The notes below the pieces were generated by a model. That model had not been told where the DNA came from, did not search any database, and was given only the letters and a program-made list of their open reading frames with translations. The translations under genes were made by a program, and so were the position numbers. Positions 19,039 to 27,290 of a stretch of DNA of 64,000 nucleotides are shown here, one piece after another. The DNA is from an uncultured bacterium (GTDB lineage: Bacteria > Patescibacteriota > Saccharimonadia > Saccharimonadales > 2-12-FULL-41-12): positions 75,929-139,928 of the forward strand of contig CAWIAU010000002.1 in NCBI GenBank assembly GCA_963834265.1, written 5' to 3'. Numbering within the stretch: position 1 is the stretch's first letter; each line of letters opens with the position of its first letter.

Positions 19039-19489
19039 TTTGACCGGAGTTGACTCATCTTGTTGAACATCTTAAATGTTTCCTATTCCCCGCTCACGCT
19101 GCAGTCTCGTCAGAACTTTATCTCAGTAGTCGGTAATTTTTATATAAACATTAAAGGTTTAGCATTGCTAAAAAAATTATAAATATATATTTATCAGATG
19201 TAATTAAAAATATACTCGGGAAATTCAACCATAACCAAAATAGTTCACTTTGTGAAATAAACAACGAATGAATTTATACAACAAAGTAGGCGGAAAGTGC
19301 AGAATATTTTGCGTAAATAACACTTTAAATTATGTACTGCTTAGACTATGCCTATTGTCAAAAATATCGCTTAAAACCTCACAAATTTGTCAATTTTGTG
19401 TAATAAATATCACAGACCATGCGATATAGTAGTTTTATTCTCTAAGAGGTGCTTGGAGACTAAAAAGAGAAATGAGGAGGGTTCACGCT

Positions 19490-19999
19490 ATGTATAGTCA
19501 CAGCTATAAAAAGCTAAATATATTTCCGGTTATTTCATTTCTCAGCAAAAAGGCTACTCTCAAATTTGCCCTCGCTATATCTCTGATTATTACAATTTTA
19601 TCTCTATTGGCAGTGCAAATTGCGCGTGCCATTAACGGACAGGCTAATACCCTGCTGACCGAAACCGCTCAAAGAGTACAGCTACAGGCAGATGCCCCGT
19701 TGATTTCCTCTGACACTGAGCCTGTTACTGCTGCATCTGCAATATCTACATCCACCACATATGATCAGTCAGGCACTGACTCAAATGTAAAAGTAATTAT
19801 TAACGGCGAAGAAGTACCTGTCCCCCCGAATGGTACTGTAAATAAAGAACTCAGGAATGAGAACGGTCACTCCCGCGTCGACATATCAGTTCAGAATAGT
19901 CAGGTAACTACCTCTTCACAGACTAACAGCGGATCAGGTAGTTCATATTCTCATAGTTACTCCTCTACGAGGCAGACAATTAACGGAGTCCCTCAGTGA
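19490..19999 (+). CDS. Membrane-anchored Ser/Thr-rich hypothetical protein (first gene of surface-protein operon)
   Basis: GAGGAGG lies 8 nt upstream of the ATG at 19490. It has a single N-terminal TM helix (FALAISLIITILSLLAVQIA) and a low-complexity S/T/Q-rich tail. Confidence 0.5.
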   Translation: MYSHSYKKLNIFPVISFLSKKATLKFALAISLIITILSLLAVQIARAINGQANTLLTETAQRVQLQADAPLISSDTEPVTAASAISTSTTYDQSGTDSNVKVIINGEEVPVPPNGTVNKELRNENGHSRVDISVQNSQVTTSSQTNSGSGSSYSHSYSSTRQTINGVPQ

Positions 20000-20109
20000 T
20001 GCAGTAAATGCGTGATCGTTCGATATGGTTACAGATGTGTGCGCACAAGCTGTAACCATATCGGGTGAGCACCCGAGAGTAATAACAATAATAAAGAGAG
20101 GAGTAACTC

Positions 20110-20694
20110 ATGAAAAAGTTACGAACAATCATTGCAGCATCATTGCTAGGGGTAGCCCTGACAACTGGTTTTGCATCAGCTCAGACTGGTACCATCGGCA
20201 CAACTGGTCCCGGCTCTAACAATCAAATTACCTTCAATGGTACAACTGACATCGATGTCGACAACGACAACGACGTAAACGCATTAAACCTGAACCTTCA
20301 GGGCGCTACTTCCGGTAACGCTAACGCAAGCGGCAACACAACTGCCGGCGGTGCTACTTCCGGCAATGCCAGCAACAACGCTTCCAGCAGCACAAGCGTA
20401 TCTGTCAGCAACTCCGGCAGCTCTGCCGCAGCTCTGGCAGGACACGGTAGCGGTGGCTCTAACTCAGCCAGCATCAACCTGACTGGCCCTGGCTCTAACA
20501 ACCAGGTCGAGTTTAACGACACCTACGAAGTTGAAGTTGAGAACGAAAACGAAGTAAACGTTGTGAACTTTAACTACCAAAGCGCAAACAGCGGTGACGC
20601 AAATGTTTCCGGTAACACAACCGGTGGTTCAGCTACCACTGGTGGCGCCAGCAACACCAGCAACACCAGCACTTCTGTTAACGTCAGCAACTAA
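20110..20694 (+). CDS. Secreted protein made of two tandem 'TGPGSNN' Asn/Gly/Ser-rich modules
   Basis: Signal peptide MKKLRTIIAASLLGVALTTGFASA, preceded by an AGAGGAG Shine-Dalgarno sequence. It carries two ~85-aa repeats, each reading TGPGSNNQ.. / alternating N-x-N rungs / SGNANASGNTTAGGATSGNA / S-rich tail ending VSN. Confidence 0.8.
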   Translation: MKKLRTIIAASLLGVALTTGFASAQTGTIGTTGPGSNNQITFNGTTDIDVDNDNDVNALNLNLQGATSGNANASGNTTAGGATSGNASNNASSSTSVSVSNSGSSAAALAGHGSGGSNSASINLTGPGSNNQVEFNDTYEVEVENENEVNVVNFNYQSANSGDANVSGNTTGGSATTGGASNTSNTSTSVNVSN

Positions 20695-20723
20695 ATATTG
20701 CTCTCGGATTTAAATAGGTGTGT

Positions 20724-20770
20724 GATCCAACCTGAGGACCTGACCGTGCCGGGTCAGGTCCCCGGGGATC
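20724..20770 (+). promoter_or_regulatory. GC-rich intergenic stem-loop (GGACCTGACC-gtgccg-GGTCAGGTCC) between small and large module genes; possible attenuator/partial terminator
   Basis: A perfect 10-bp stem at 20736-20745 / 20752-20761 is extended by gatcc/ggatc. No U-tract follows. Confidence 0.4.
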
Positions 20771-20835
20771 AAACAGTAAGAAAAGCTAAGAATAATATTG
20801 TTTCAACAGGATTCTAAGAGAAAGAGGTATCAGCC

Positions 20836-22971
20836 ATGCAGAAACTTACAGTATCAATCCGAAAGATATTCATTGCTCTCGTAATATGCGTTCAGGTTTT
20901 TGCCGCCCCTGCCTTGATCGTTTCTGCCGAATCAGCCGATGAATCATCTACTGCAGCTGCAGCTGCTTCAACAAATGAAGCTCCCGCACCTGCATCAGAA
21001 ACGGCTCCCGTGGTCGAGGTTGTTACTTCACCTCCTCCTGCTCCGACATATGTTGCGCCAGCACCCCCAACCATAGTTGCTCCCGTACCTCCTGCGGCTT
21101 TGGCACCGGGAAGCACCGGACCGCAATCCCCGACAGGAGTTTCCGGCTCAACATATGTTTTCAATTCCGTCTCAGGACTTTGGGAGAATGACCAATACAC
21201 CTGGGATCCTGTAACAAAGCAGACAAAACCTAAAGTTGCTCCTACCTATAGCTTCAATCCCGTTACGCAAATGTGGGATACAACTGAATGGTATTTCAGC
21301 CCCGAAGCAGGTAAATATGTACCCAACAAAGTATCAACAGCCATCCGGCCGGTTAGTCTTGGTGGCGGAGGAGGTGGCAATTTCTCTATCAATGGCACAG
21401 GACCTAATTCCAATAATACTATTAACAATACCGGCACTTCTACAGGAACTTTTGATTTATTTTTCAACGCCAGTATTAGCAATCAAATAAGTTCAACTAC
21501 CTCCAGTGGCGATGCATTGCTGCAGGGCAATACTATCGGAGGTAATGCTCTCAGCGGTGATGCGGAGGCTATCGCTAATATTCTGAACCTGCTGCAGTCT
21601 TCCTGGGGTTCCCAGTCTGATATTGCAACTTTTATAGCTAGCCTGGACGGGACAATATTCGGCGATCTGTTACTTGATCCTGCTGCTCTGGCAGGGGCAG
21701 CCGGTAGTTCTGATGTCGATATAACCGTCTCCAATAATGCCAGTATCAATAATGACATTAATGTGGCAGTAAACAGTGGGGATGCGACCGTATCGGGTAA
21801 CACAAAGGCCGGAGATGCAACAAGCGGTAATGCCAGAGCATTAATAAATCTCCTCAATCTCATAAATTCGTCAATAACTTCTGACAAATCTTTTATCGGC
21901 ATACTTAATATTAATGGTGATCTGAATGGTGACATTTTGCTTCCGCAGAGTTTCCTCGAATATTTGTTGTATGCAACGGGACCAAACAGCAATAATCAAA
22001 TCAATGGTGGCACCAGTAATAATCTGGCGGTTACAACGGACACTAACCGTAGCATTGTTAATGATATTGATGCTGAAGCAGGAACAGGCGATGCCTCTGT
22101 AAGCCAAAACACCAGTGCGGGCAGTGCCGGCAGCGGAACTGCCGATACAAAGGTTAATACTATGAACCTGGTGGGTCAGAACGTGAACGGGAAAAACGGG
22201 CTGCTGGTATTTGTAAATGTTTTCGGTAAATGGGTCGGCTTGCTTTTCAACGCGCCGCAAGGAACCAGCTCGATAGCAACCACCGGGCCAAACTCTAACA
22301 ATACGATTAATGATGCCGGATCAAACAAACTGACTGTGAATGCAACTGAAAATAGTCTGATCAATAACGATGTCGATGTCACGGCCCGAAGCGGAGATGC
22401 CACTGTAAGCGGCAATACATCGGCAGGAAATGCTAAATCCGGTAATGCAGATATTGGTGTCAGTATTCTGAATCTGATTGACAGTAATCTTAATTTCTCT
22501 GACTTCTTCGGAGTCCTGTTCATCAACGTTTTCGGATCATGGAATGGTAGCTTCGGAATAGATACAGCGGCTGGTAACAGACCAGCAGCAGCTGCCGGCG
22601 GACAAGGCGGAGGTACTTTTGGGTTCGTACCCGCTGCTAATCAGGCCGCTCAGCAAAATCCGGCATCAACAGCTTCCGGGCCTGCGGATAAGTTCTTTGG
22701 CTTGATTGGTTCCCTGGGATCAGGTGGAGGGAATGTAGCGGTTGCTCCTCAGACATCATCTGCTTCTGTTGTTAATGCAGGTGCTGCGGTACCGGCGGCT
22801 AATAATGCTGCGGTTGCAGCCTCCGCATCACAGGCATCTACTCAGAACTGGTGGCTCCCGCTGGTAGCAATACTGCTTGTTGGTCCCCTGCTGTACGCTG
22901 ATCGAATAGTGGCTCTTGTACGACGCGCTGAGCTATTCAGCCACATCGGCTCCCTCCGCCGTATGCCTTAG
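20836..22971 (+). CDS. Large secreted multi-module protein with Pro-rich linker, aromatic repeats, four SGNT/SGNA modules and a C-terminal TM anchor
   Basis: 711 aa. Has a signal peptide and a PAP-rich linker, followed by aromatic repeats Y.FN...G.WEND.Y.WDP / YSFNP.T.MWDT.EWYF. TGPNSNN occurs three times and SGDA.VSGNT.AG.A.SGNA four times. The C-terminus is NWWLPLVAILLVGPLLYADRIVALVRR. Confidence 0.8.
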   Translation: MQKLTVSIRKIFIALVICVQVFAAPALIVSAESADESSTAAAAASTNEAPAPASETAPVVEVVTSPPPAPTYVAPAPPTIVAPVPPAALAPGSTGPQSPTGVSGSTYVFNSVSGLWENDQYTWDPVTKQTKPKVAPTYSFNPVTQMWDTTEWYFSPEAGKYVPNKVSTAIRPVSLGGGGGGNFSINGTGPNSNNTINNTGTSTGTFDLFFNASISNQISSTTSSGDALLQGNTIGGNALSGDAEAIANILNLLQSSWGSQSDIATFIASLDGTIFGDLLLDPAALAGAAGSSDVDITVSNNASINNDINVAVNSGDATVSGNTKAGDATSGNARALINLLNLINSSITSDKSFIGILNINGDLNGDILLPQSFLEYLLYATGPNSNNQINGGTSNNLAVTTDTNRSIVNDIDAEAGTGDASVSQNTSAGSAGSGTADTKVNTMNLVGQNVNGKNGLLVFVNVFGKWVGLLFNAPQGTSSIATTGPNSNNTINDAGSNKLTVNATENSLINNDVDVTARSGDATVSGNTSAGNAKSGNADIGVSILNLIDSNLNFSDFFGVLFINVFGSWNGSFGIDTAAGNRPAAAAGGQGGGTFGFVPAANQAAQQNPASTASGPADKFFGLIGSLGSGGGNVAVAPQTSSASVVNAGAAVPAANNAAVAASASQASTQNWWLPLVAILLVGPLLYADRIVALVRRAELFSHIGSLRRMP

Positions 22972-23057
22972 GCGATACTCAGAAGTATACTTATCTGAAT
23001 TTCGGATTTCTGGTAGTAAAAGCAAAAAACTTAATGACTGTTCGTACTCCGAAAAGA

Positions 23058-24020
23058 CTATACATTATAGGTACATACAGGCTCAGGCGCATTCTGTTTC
23101 GTGCTTTTAAGTAGTTTTCGCTCCAAAACGCACTGAGCAACGCAAGACATAGTCCCATCCAGCTGATCAGGAAATAGTGTTGTACTGTGAAATACAGCAG
23201 CCATATATATTAAATATGCATATACAAGGCTATCTAACAATAGAATTACCGTATGTTTAACAGCAAAACGTTCTGTCTTATAACTTTTAAAAAGTTGAGC
23301 ATAAGATGTTGTAGCCGGCCCATAAACCATAACATCATGCGCATAGAACCCCGACGAAGCCTCCGGATACTGTATAGCCTCGCGACGGGCAATGATACAG
23401 GGTGAAGTTTGCAGGCGACCTGCTTTACGGGCTCTTGCAGACAGAAGATACTCGAATTGCTGTAGCAGAGCAATAGTATTTGTTTTGTCTGTCTTAGGTT
23501 TGATATTTGGCCGAAGAACATTTGCTGAAGGGTTAGCTGCGAACTGATGTACTGCTTTATGCAGCGAATCCCCCGCTAGGATGTCCCGGGGTGATAGTAT
23601 TGCCAATAATCCACCCTTAGTGTATTTGAGAGCGGTTTCAGTAGCTCTCCTGTCCTTTCGACGACGCGCAACAAGGCGAATCTGCAACTTAGGATGAGTG
23701 GCGATATAACTACGTATAACTTTCCGGGTGTTGTCGCCGGAAGCCATGTCAACGATTATAATCTCGTACTTACGATACGATCCTGTGCGAATGCTTTCCA
23801 GACACGGTCCAATCGTTAATTCATTATTGCGGGCATGAATAAGTACGGAAACTAAAGGTCTGTGCCTGTATTGCCGGGCATTCGGATGTTGTTGCACTTC
23901 TCTTTCATGGCGCACGCTCTTTATATCATAAATAATGGCACGGCAATGGATAATAATTGCCCATGACAGTCTGCATATCAACCACCCGGTTACAACTCCC
24001 GTCAGGATATTTATGTTCAT
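23058..24020 (-). CDS. Family 2 glycosyltransferase with N-terminal TM helix
   Basis: Shows a PLVSVLIHARNNE GT-A start and a D-x-D-like IIVDMASGDNT motif. Its start overlaps the sortase stop by 4 nt. Confidence 0.75.
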   Translation of the reverse strand: MNINILTGVVTGWLICRLSWAIIIHCRAIIYDIKSVRHEREVQQHPNARQYRHRPLVSVLIHARNNELTIGPCLESIRTGSYRKYEIIIVDMASGDNTRKVIRSYIATHPKLQIRLVARRRKDRRATETALKYTKGGLLAILSPRDILAGDSLHKAVHQFAANPSANVLRPNIKPKTDKTNTIALLQQFEYLLSARARKAGRLQTSPCIIARREAIQYPEASSGFYAHDVMVYGPATTSYAQLFKSYKTERFAVKHTVILLLDSLVYAYLIYMAAVFHSTTLFPDQLDGTMSCVAQCVLERKLLKSTKQNAPEPVCTYNV

Positions 24021-24610
24021 ATTTTTTCTACCTTCAGCAATGTAAATTCAGCCAGTTGACGTTGCTCATACCAGCTACCTGCGCAGGTTTGCAGAGTAAG
24101 CTTAGGCGGACCACTATAATTAAAAAGTTCTACATTGTCCGGTCGTACACTTTCTGAATTTTTAAATAAATACGTAAATATCTGTGCGTTTTCAGTATAA
24201 ATCTGAACAGTATCGCCAGCACTAAGGTTTTTGAGTCTGTAAAATACCGGCCAGGAGTTGTGTCCGTATATAAGCGTATTTCCGCCGGCGTCGTTGACCA
24301 CAGGAGTAATAAGCGCATAATTTGCATTTATTTCTGAGATTGACCAGTCGCCGTTATCGGGATTGTAGAAGCCGGGCTCGATTACTAAATCTATCTGATG
24401 AGAAGGAACAATTATTCGGACGGGCTTGCCGGAAAGCACTATCTTTTCCGGGATTTGCGGTTTGGGTATTGCAGCATTAGCTGACGGAATGTTTACAACT
24501 TTTTGTCCTGGCAGTATTCGATCAACAGGCATAAATACGTTGACAATAAATAACAGCGTGGCCATGTTGATTATGGCCACGCTGACTATAAAGCGAATCT
24601 TTGGTAACAT
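24017..24610 (-). CDS. Sortase (transpeptidase) with N-terminal membrane anchor
   Basis: Shows the catalytic His context LIYGHNSWPVF and the TLxTC motif KLTLQTCAG, with a downstream Arg. It sits immediately downstream of an LPNTG substrate gene. Confidence 0.85.
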   Translation of the reverse strand: MLPKIRFIVSVAIINMATLLFIVNVFMPVDRILPGQKVVNIPSANAAIPKPQIPEKIVLSGKPVRIIVPSHQIDLVIEPGFYNPDNGDWSISEINANYALITPVVNDAGGNTLIYGHNSWPVFYRLKNLSAGDTVQIYTENAQIFTYLFKNSESVRPDNVELFNYSGPPKLTLQTCAGSWYEQRQLAEFTLLKVEKI

Positions 24611-24632
24611 GATCCGCTTCTACTACTTTCTG

Positions 24633-25172
24633 TTAGTTACCGGAACGACGGTAACCGGCCAGCGCAAACTGAGTTGCTGCAGCGATCGCACCAAGTACGA
24701 GAGCACTGATGCCAACCATTGTCAGCACATTGCTGCTTCCGGTGTTCGGAAGAGCCTTAACTGTAACAGGAGCCGGAGTTGCAGTTGCAGCAGGGGTTAC
24801 AGGAGCCGGCCCTGCACCTTGTCCGCCCGCAGGAGCTGCAGGAGCTGGTGTTGCAGCTGGTGCTGCTGCACAAAATACTGCAAGCTGGGTTGCTGTTGTG
24901 TTAATGTTTTCCGCATTTCCGCTGGTTGCTGTACCACTTATAGTATTGCCACTAACATTTGCTCCGCCACTTACTGCAGTCTGCAGATTGACGTTTGCGA
25001 CATTTACGCCATTGGTGCAGGTAACACTCACTACATTACTGTCATTAACTGTACAGGTGTTGTTCGAACCCGGGCCAGTTGTTGTAATCGTGCACGTTGC
25101 TGCGGATGCAGCGCCGGTCATTGTACCCATTGCTATTACTGTTATTGCTAAACCTTTGAATACCTTTTTCAT
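24633..25172 (-). CDS. LPXTG-anchored surface protein carrying one 'TGPGSNN' module
   Basis: Has a signal peptide, then a TTTGPGSNNTCTV ... ANVSGNTISGTATSGNA module and an Ala/Pro linker. The sorting signal is LPNTG followed by a hydrophobic helix and RRSGN. A GAGGGAG Shine-Dalgarno sequence precedes the ATG. Confidence 0.85.
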   Translation of the reverse strand: MKKVFKGLAITVIAMGTMTGAASAATCTITTTGPGSNNTCTVNDSNVVSVTCTNGVNVANVNLQTAVSGGANVSGNTISGTATSGNAENINTTATQLAVFCAAAPAATPAPAAPAGGQGAGPAPVTPAATATPAPVTVKALPNTGSSNVLTMVGISALVLGAIAAATQFALAGYRRSGN

Positions 25173-25253
25173 AATATCTCCCTCTATTAATTACCTTGTG
25201 AATCTAGTTTTACACAAAGATTACAAAATGTAAATAATATTATTTAACATAAG

Positions 25254-25435
25254 CACTTTCAGGGGTAAACTTTAGACCTCTTTTTCAACCCTATCTGTTA
25301 GCGAAATCATGTTTCAGGTGTGAGCAGGTGGTTTTATGGCCCAAATTGTAGTCATAGCTACTATTGGAAACAAAAAAACTAGCTGATTACCCTGAAACAT
25401 TGGTTGTAGTACAGAGAGGGTTGAGAAAGAGGTCT
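25254..25435 (-). promoter_or_regulatory. Long imperfect inverted repeat / alternative-hairpin leader upstream of the LPXTG gene
   Basis: The arms 25274-25320 and 25389-25435 are ~47 nt each and mostly complementary. A third segment, 25254-25270 (cactttcaggggtaaac), can pair with the same gattaccctgaaacat partner, giving mutually exclusive structures. Confidence 0.4.
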
Positions 25436-25451
25436 GGAGCAAATTCGGTTA

Positions 25452-25721
25452 TTAAATAACTTCGAATGACTTATAATTTTTCACTTTCCCGCTTTTTGTA
25501 TCCAAAGCATCTACTGAAGCCGTATCCGGACCATTCCGGCACCACTCTGTGAATTTCTGCAACTGTTTTGATGTCCCTTCGGCTTCAATGCTTACTGATC
25601 CGTCATCCTGATTTTGTACTACTCCGGTTATACCAAGCATATTTGCCATTTTCCGGGTATTGAATCGAAATCCGACTGCCTGCACACGGCCTTTGATAGT
25701 TATGTCTAAGTGTTTAACCAC
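25452..25721 (-). CDS. acyP: Acylphosphatase
   Basis: 89 aa. The segments ITIKGRVQAVGFRFNTRKMANMLGITGVVQN and GSVSIEAEG match the acylphosphatase signatures. Confidence 0.85.
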   Translation of the reverse strand: MVKHLDITIKGRVQAVGFRFNTRKMANMLGITGVVQNQDDGSVSIEAEGTSKQLQKFTEWCRNGPDTASVDALDTKSGKVKNYKSFEVI

Positions 25722-25755
25722 ATCTCTTAGTATATAATGTGTAAGTTAATCATAG

Positions 25756-25829
25756 TGGGGAGTGGCCAAGTGGTAAGGCACTGGGTTCTGGTCCCAGGAT
25801 CGGGGGTTCGAGTCCCTCCTCCCCAGCCA
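25756..25829 (+). tRNA. tRNA-Gln (anticodon CTG), CCA encoded
   Basis: Manual cloverleaf: acceptor TGGGGAG/CTCCCCA, D-arm GCC-AAGTGGTAA-GGC, anticodon stem CTGGG/CCCAG with loop TTCTGGT, and T-arm GGGGG-TTCGAGT-CCCTC. The discriminator is G, followed by CCA. Confidence 0.9.
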
Positions 25830-25837
25830 GATGCGAC

Positions 25838-25874
25838 AGCAGAATTTCAGACCTAAGTCCCTAATTCTGCTTTT
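25838..25874 (+). terminator. Stem-loop after tRNA-Gln (agcagaatt ... aattctgct + TTT)
   Basis: A 9-bp inverted repeat at 25838-25846 / 25863-25871 is followed by ttt. Confidence 0.5.
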
Positions 25875-25900
25875 GCATCAGCAAACAGAGAAATACTAAC

Positions 25901-25928
25901 AAAAAGAGTCGTTAATCCGACTCTTTTT
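25901..25928. terminator. Bidirectional rho-independent terminator (AAAAAGAGTCG-ttaatc-CGACTCTTTTT)
   Basis: A perfect 11-bp stem carries an A-run on the 5' side and a T-run on the 3' side. It lies between the tRNA and the 3' end of the recombinase remnant. Confidence 0.7.
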
Positions 25929-25935
25929 GTTTAGA

Positions 25936-27226
25936 TGCTTAGTCTGCGGTAGATCTGCTTATTCTTAACGAATAGTGGTAAGTTTAGACCTCGTATGAAA
26001 CCCGTCTTGTTCATGAATATTGTGCCTTGTCTAAGAACATAGCTCGCATAGTTTCTGAAATGTGCTCTTTCGGAGTGCTGTCAATTCCATGATCCTTTGA
26101 TAAGCTGGCTTGTAACGCGTTTGTATTGTTCGATCTTGTTGAATAATTGCTCGCTCGGCTCAATATCGTCGAATTCTCCCGCATCCGTCATTGCAAGATT
26201 TGTTCGGTGATCATGGTTGCTGTTATTGAGCGCTCCGGACAGTCAGGGTCTTTTGTCGATTTCGTGCACCGATAGTATACATGCCTGTTTCTGCCTCCGT
26301 CCGCTCGCTTTTTGAAATGCTCTTCGACCGTCAGCGTGAGCCACACGCCCCACAGTAGAATAGATGCTTGAACGGGAATTGTCTTTGATCCCCATGCTGG
26401 CTTTTCCGGTACTAGCGAGTCCATGCGTGACTCGAACAATGTCGAACAGTTCTTTTGTGATTATCGGCGGATGCTTACCCACATAGAGCGGACCTCCTGC
26501 GGGATATTCGAAATAGCCGTAGTAGAATGGGTTAGTCAAGGTTCTGTAGATCTGACTTAGCGACAATACAGCGCCAGACTTAGTTCTGAAGTCGATACTG
26601 TCCAAGCCAGTCTTTTATGGTACGCCGCTTTGGTGCAGTCAGACCTGAGCGTTCAAACATTTCCTTAACAATCGGTGCTCGATCGGTGTCCAGCACTATG
26701 TCTCGGACGCCACCGAAAGCTCGGTTTACATAACCAATTGGCGCTGCTCCCGGTCGCCAGCCCATCTCACATTTGGCACGTATGCCACGTTTGACGTTAA
26801 TACCACGATTATCGTTCTCGAGCTTGGCTTGAGAGCACAGGATCATCAGAAGGAACTTCTCGTTCGGCGTGTTGCTGAAGCTTTGTCCAAATGTACGGAT
26901 GCGCTGTAGTCGGTTTAAGTCCATTAAATCTACAAGAGACCCAAGATCTCCTGCATTTCTGCTTAGTCGATCCGGTGCCCAAGTCAGGATTGCGTTGTAT
27001 TCGCCGTTCCTCAAGTCGTGCAGCAAGTTCGTTGAATACCGGCCTATGACCAGACTCCTTTGCCGAGAAACTCTCTTGTTTGATGACAACTACATTCAGC
27101 TCTTCGCGTGTTGCCATAGCTTGCATTTCTTTGATTTGTGAATCGATCGACATTGCCTGTGCGTTCGTCAGACTCGCTCGATTTGCGGGCATAAAGACAG
27201 TATTTAAGTTGAGCAGTATTTTCCAT
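25936..27226 (-). pseudogene. Large serine recombinase (resolvase/invertase N-domain + recombinase + zinc-ribbon), multiply frameshifted
   Basis: Fragments lie in at least 5 frame segments: YCLYARKSSESDER (catalytic Ser region), SIDSQIKEM...RPVFNEL, ILTWAPDRLSRNAGD, GYVNRAFGG..., YYGYFEYP..., YYRCTKSTKDPDCP (zinc ribbon), and a C-terminal tail down to ~25936. Confidence 0.8.
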
Positions 27227-27290
27227 CAACAACAAGGTACCGCAAATCCAGGTAAAGTCTAGCTGTGATAACATCTTAAAAACAGATATA

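Noticed and set aside
19039-19471. AT-rich 430-nt gap upstream of the surface operon examined for ncRNA or repeats
   Set aside because: Only promoter-like AT-rich sequence was seen. No stable long-range pairing or repeat could be supported by eye.
20298-22526. Several minus-strand ORFs (74-169 aa) inside the module-protein genes
   Set aside because: They are antisense frames of repetitive Asn/Gly/Ser coding sequence. Their translations are low-complexity junk, and the plus-strand proteins are internally consistent paralogs.
24426-25233. Two long plus-strand ORFs (241 aa and 174 aa) antisense to the LPXTG surface-protein gene
   Set aside because: They are Cys/Arg/Ser- or Ala/Pro/Val-rich mirror frames of a low-complexity gene. 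They have no Shine-Dalgarno sequence. The minus-strand frame carries a signal peptide, the shared module and an LPNTG sorting signal.
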